64,000 nt of DNA, from assembly GCF_002854065.1 (NCBI RefSeq), contig NZ_CP024147.1. One strand, given 5' to 3'. Position numbers and translations under genes: made by a program. Positions 61,860 through 64,000 of the stretch are shown piece by piece; within the stretch, counting starts at the first letter, position 1; each line of letters starts with the position of its first letter. The stretch is from Escherichia coli (lineage in GTDB: Bacteria; Pseudomonadota; Gammaproteobacteria; Enterobacterales; Enterobacteriaceae). The notes below the pieces were generated by a model, which was given only the letters and a program-made list of their open reading frames with translations, did no database searches and had not been told where the DNA came from.

Positions 61860-64000
61860 ATGAGTGGAAATCTCGGGACCATATACTACGAGGTCGATGC
61901 CCGCACTGGGAAACTTCTTATCGCGCAACAGCAGGCGGAAGAGGCGTTCGATCGCATTGAACGAGGAGCGCGGAAGGCTGATAGCGGCGTCAAAAAGTTA
62001 AATACGCAGATGACTAAAACATCAGCCGCAGTCAAAACCAACCTTTCCCCGGCAATCCGTAACGCATCATACCAGATCGCAGACCTTGCCACTCAATTGC
62101 AGATGGGCGGTAATGCGCTTCAGGCGTTCGCTGTGCAGGGTGCGCAGTTATTAGCTGGCTTTGGCACGATGGGCGCGGTAGCTGGCGCGGTGCTGGCTAT
62201 CGCTGGCGCTATGGGTGGAAGCCTGGCACAAGGCGCTGATAGTGCAGCCGGATCGGTTGAGTATCTGGACAAGGCGATCACCAAACTGAACGAGGTCATA
62301 GCTGTAAATGAACAGGGCGTGACGGTGATGAGTGATAGTTACGCCAGACTTTCTAAGGTTAACGCTGAAGTAGCGAAACAGATGCGGAACATGGCTGAAA
62401 TTCAGGCAATTGCAGCACTGCGTGACCTGAAAGAACAGGCAAGCCAGGCACAGGGGGAAATGTCGTCATTCTGGCGCAGCTTGCAGGGTGGTAAAGCTGA
62501 CGCAGCAGCAGCAGCACAGGCACTTGATGATCTTGGAATCACAACCAACGACTACAAAGAGGCGATAGCCATACTGAACGCCAATCAGCCGGATACACAG
62601 GCGCAAATGGCAACGCTAGCCAAATCCGTGATGTATGTTGGAGAGCAATATGATCTGACCAACCAGCAAGCATACGAATTTATACGCGCACTAAATAAGG
62701 CCGCGACAACGAAAACGCCGGAAGCCATGCAGGAGCTATCTGGCTTCATGCAGGTTTTGCTTCAGGATACCGAAAACGGTAACGAGGCATTCCGTGAACT
62801 GGCTATCAAATTCGTCGATGCACAAACCAAAGGCGCAATGTTGGAGGACCAACTAAACCGACTGAAAGGCGCTATTAGTGACGCAGCCACAGAAGCCAGA
62901 AACGCAAACTTTACCACTATGCTCAACACCGTCGCCGCACGCCTGGCAACCATTGAGCAAGGTTGGGAGGCAGGCGTTAGGATGCAGATGAAAGCCCAGG
63001 GCTACACTGAAGAGCAGATCGATGAATATGTGAACATGGAAACGGCGTACCGTGATGCAAAAGCCGCTTTGGACGAGAAGAACAAGGCCGACCGTGAAGC
63101 TATTGCGCTATCCAAACGCCAGGCCGCAGAAGCAGCCCGCAAGGCAAAACAGGAAGAAGCTGAAGCACAACGCAAGGCCAAACAGTTAGCCGCGCAGAAG
63201 GAGCAGGCAGGACGCTTTACGCAGCAAGTAATGACGGAATACCTGACGACCGTAGATCCGGCAACAGGCAAGGCGTTTAACCCTGCCGCACAAGTAGAAA
63301 TGCAGGAGCAGCAGAAGAAAGCGGCGCTGGATAAATACAGACAGTTGGGCGTCCTGGATGAACAGCAGTACCAGAACACGCTAACCGCCATCCAGAAAAC
63401 CGCGTCAATGCGCCGCCAGCAAATCATCAAAGACGAGGCCGACACGTTATTCAACAATCAGCAACAGTTGATCGGCACATTTGGCGATTTCTTCGGTGAA
63501 CTGTCTGGAGTCATAGCAGACGGTGCAGGTGAGCAAAACGCGGCATATCAAGCGCTATTTGCTGTGCAGAAGGGTTTTGTATTGGCATCAGCAGCTTTAA
63601 GCCTTCAGAAAGCGCTTGCTGAGGCAAACGCCTTGCCTTTCCCGGCTAATCTTCCGGCCTATGCGCAAGCTATGTCAGCAGGTACGCAGATCATTTCAGC
63701 TATTCGTGGAATAGCTTTCGGTGGCGGACGCTACAACGGCGGCGCGGTTGGTGCTGGCAACCTGTACCGCGTGGGTGAACACGGTAAGCCTGAGATATTC
63801 AAGGCGAACAATGGCAGCCAGTACATGATCCCAGGTGATAACGGTCGCGTGATAAGTAATCGTGACATTGGCGGCGGTGGCGGCGTAACAATCAACAGCC
63901 CGATCACCATTAACACTACGAATGGCTTCAGTGATGAAGACTCAAGGCGTCTTGAGGAAGCGATGAAGCGCGTAGCTATGGGCGTTTGCAGGCAGGAGTC
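61860..64000 (+). CDS. Phage tail tape measure protein, 5' part; ORF runs off window end
   Basis: Open frame from ATG 61860 to the window end (over 700 codons; absent from the ORF track because no stop); hydrophobic Gly/Ala-rich segment, long A/Q/K-rich coiled coils, GNLYRVGEHGKPEIF motif resembling lambda gpH. Confidence 0.65.
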   Translation, partial: MSGNLGTIYYEVDARTGKLLIAQQQAEEAFDRIERGARKADSGVKKLNTQMTKTSAAVKTNLSPAIRNASYQIADLATQLQMGGNALQAFAVQGAQLLAGFGTMGAVAGAVLAIAGAMGGSLAQGADSAAGSVEYLDKAITKLNEVIAVNEQGVTVMSDSYARLSKVNAEVAKQMRNMAEIQAIAALRDLKEQASQAQGEMSSFWRSLQGGKADAAAAAQALDDLGITTNDYKEAIAILNANQPDTQAQMATLAKSVMYVGEQYDLTNQQAYEFIRALNKAATTKTPEAMQELSGFMQVLLQDTENGNEAFRELAIKFVDAQTKGAMLEDQLNRLKGAISDAATEARNANFTTMLNTVAARLATIEQGWEAGVRMQMKAQGYTEEQIDEYVNMETAYRDAKAALDEKNKADREAIALSKRQAAEAARKAKQEEAEAQRKAKQLAAQKEQAGRFTQQVMTEYLTTVDPATGKAFNPAAQVEMQEQQKKAALDKYRQLGVLDEQQYQNTLTAIQKTASMRRQQIIKDEADTLFNNQQQLIGTFGDFFGELSGVIADGAGEQNAAYQALFAVQKGFVLASAALSLQKALAEANALPFPANLPAYAQAMSAGTQIISAIRGIAFGGGRYNGGAVGAGNLYRVGEHGKPEIFKANNGSQYMIPGDNGRVISNRDIGGGGGVTINSPITINTTNGFSDEDSRRLEEAMKRVAMGVCRQE

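Overview
This window reads as an Escherichia coli chromosomal segment, collinear with the K-12 map from alaC (yfdZ) through the ypdABC/fry PTS cluster, glk, mntH, nupC, pdeA, gltX, tRNA-Val/Lys, ligA, zipA, cysZ-cysK-ptsHI-crr, the cysPUWAM sulfate transporter, murRQP, amiA, hemF and eutR-eutB. All calls come from recognising the translated ORFs and reading the DNA by eye; no database search or folding was run, and K-12 comparisons are from memory. Three accessory segments stand out against the K-12 order. (1) An IS200/IS605-family element of about 1.75 kb sits between yfeD and gltX, with divergent tnpA and an apparently intact tnpB (RuvC D-E-D residues and zinc finger present). (2) A FlxA-like gene with a candidate sigma28 promoter lies next to tRNA-Lys where K-12 carries xapR-xapB-xapA-yfeN. 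(3) A prophage-like island follows eutB: P4-type integrase, a 255-aa protein, a 1.1-kb ORF-poor stretch, an AlpA-like regulator, four small unknown genes and a tail tape measure gene that runs off the window end. I could not identify a complete, clearly novel system. The best candidates for undescribed function are the small-gene cluster and ORF-poor stretch in the island, and the TnpB element as a possible RNA-guided nuclease. IS186 (nupC-pdeA in K-12) and yfeS also appear absent.
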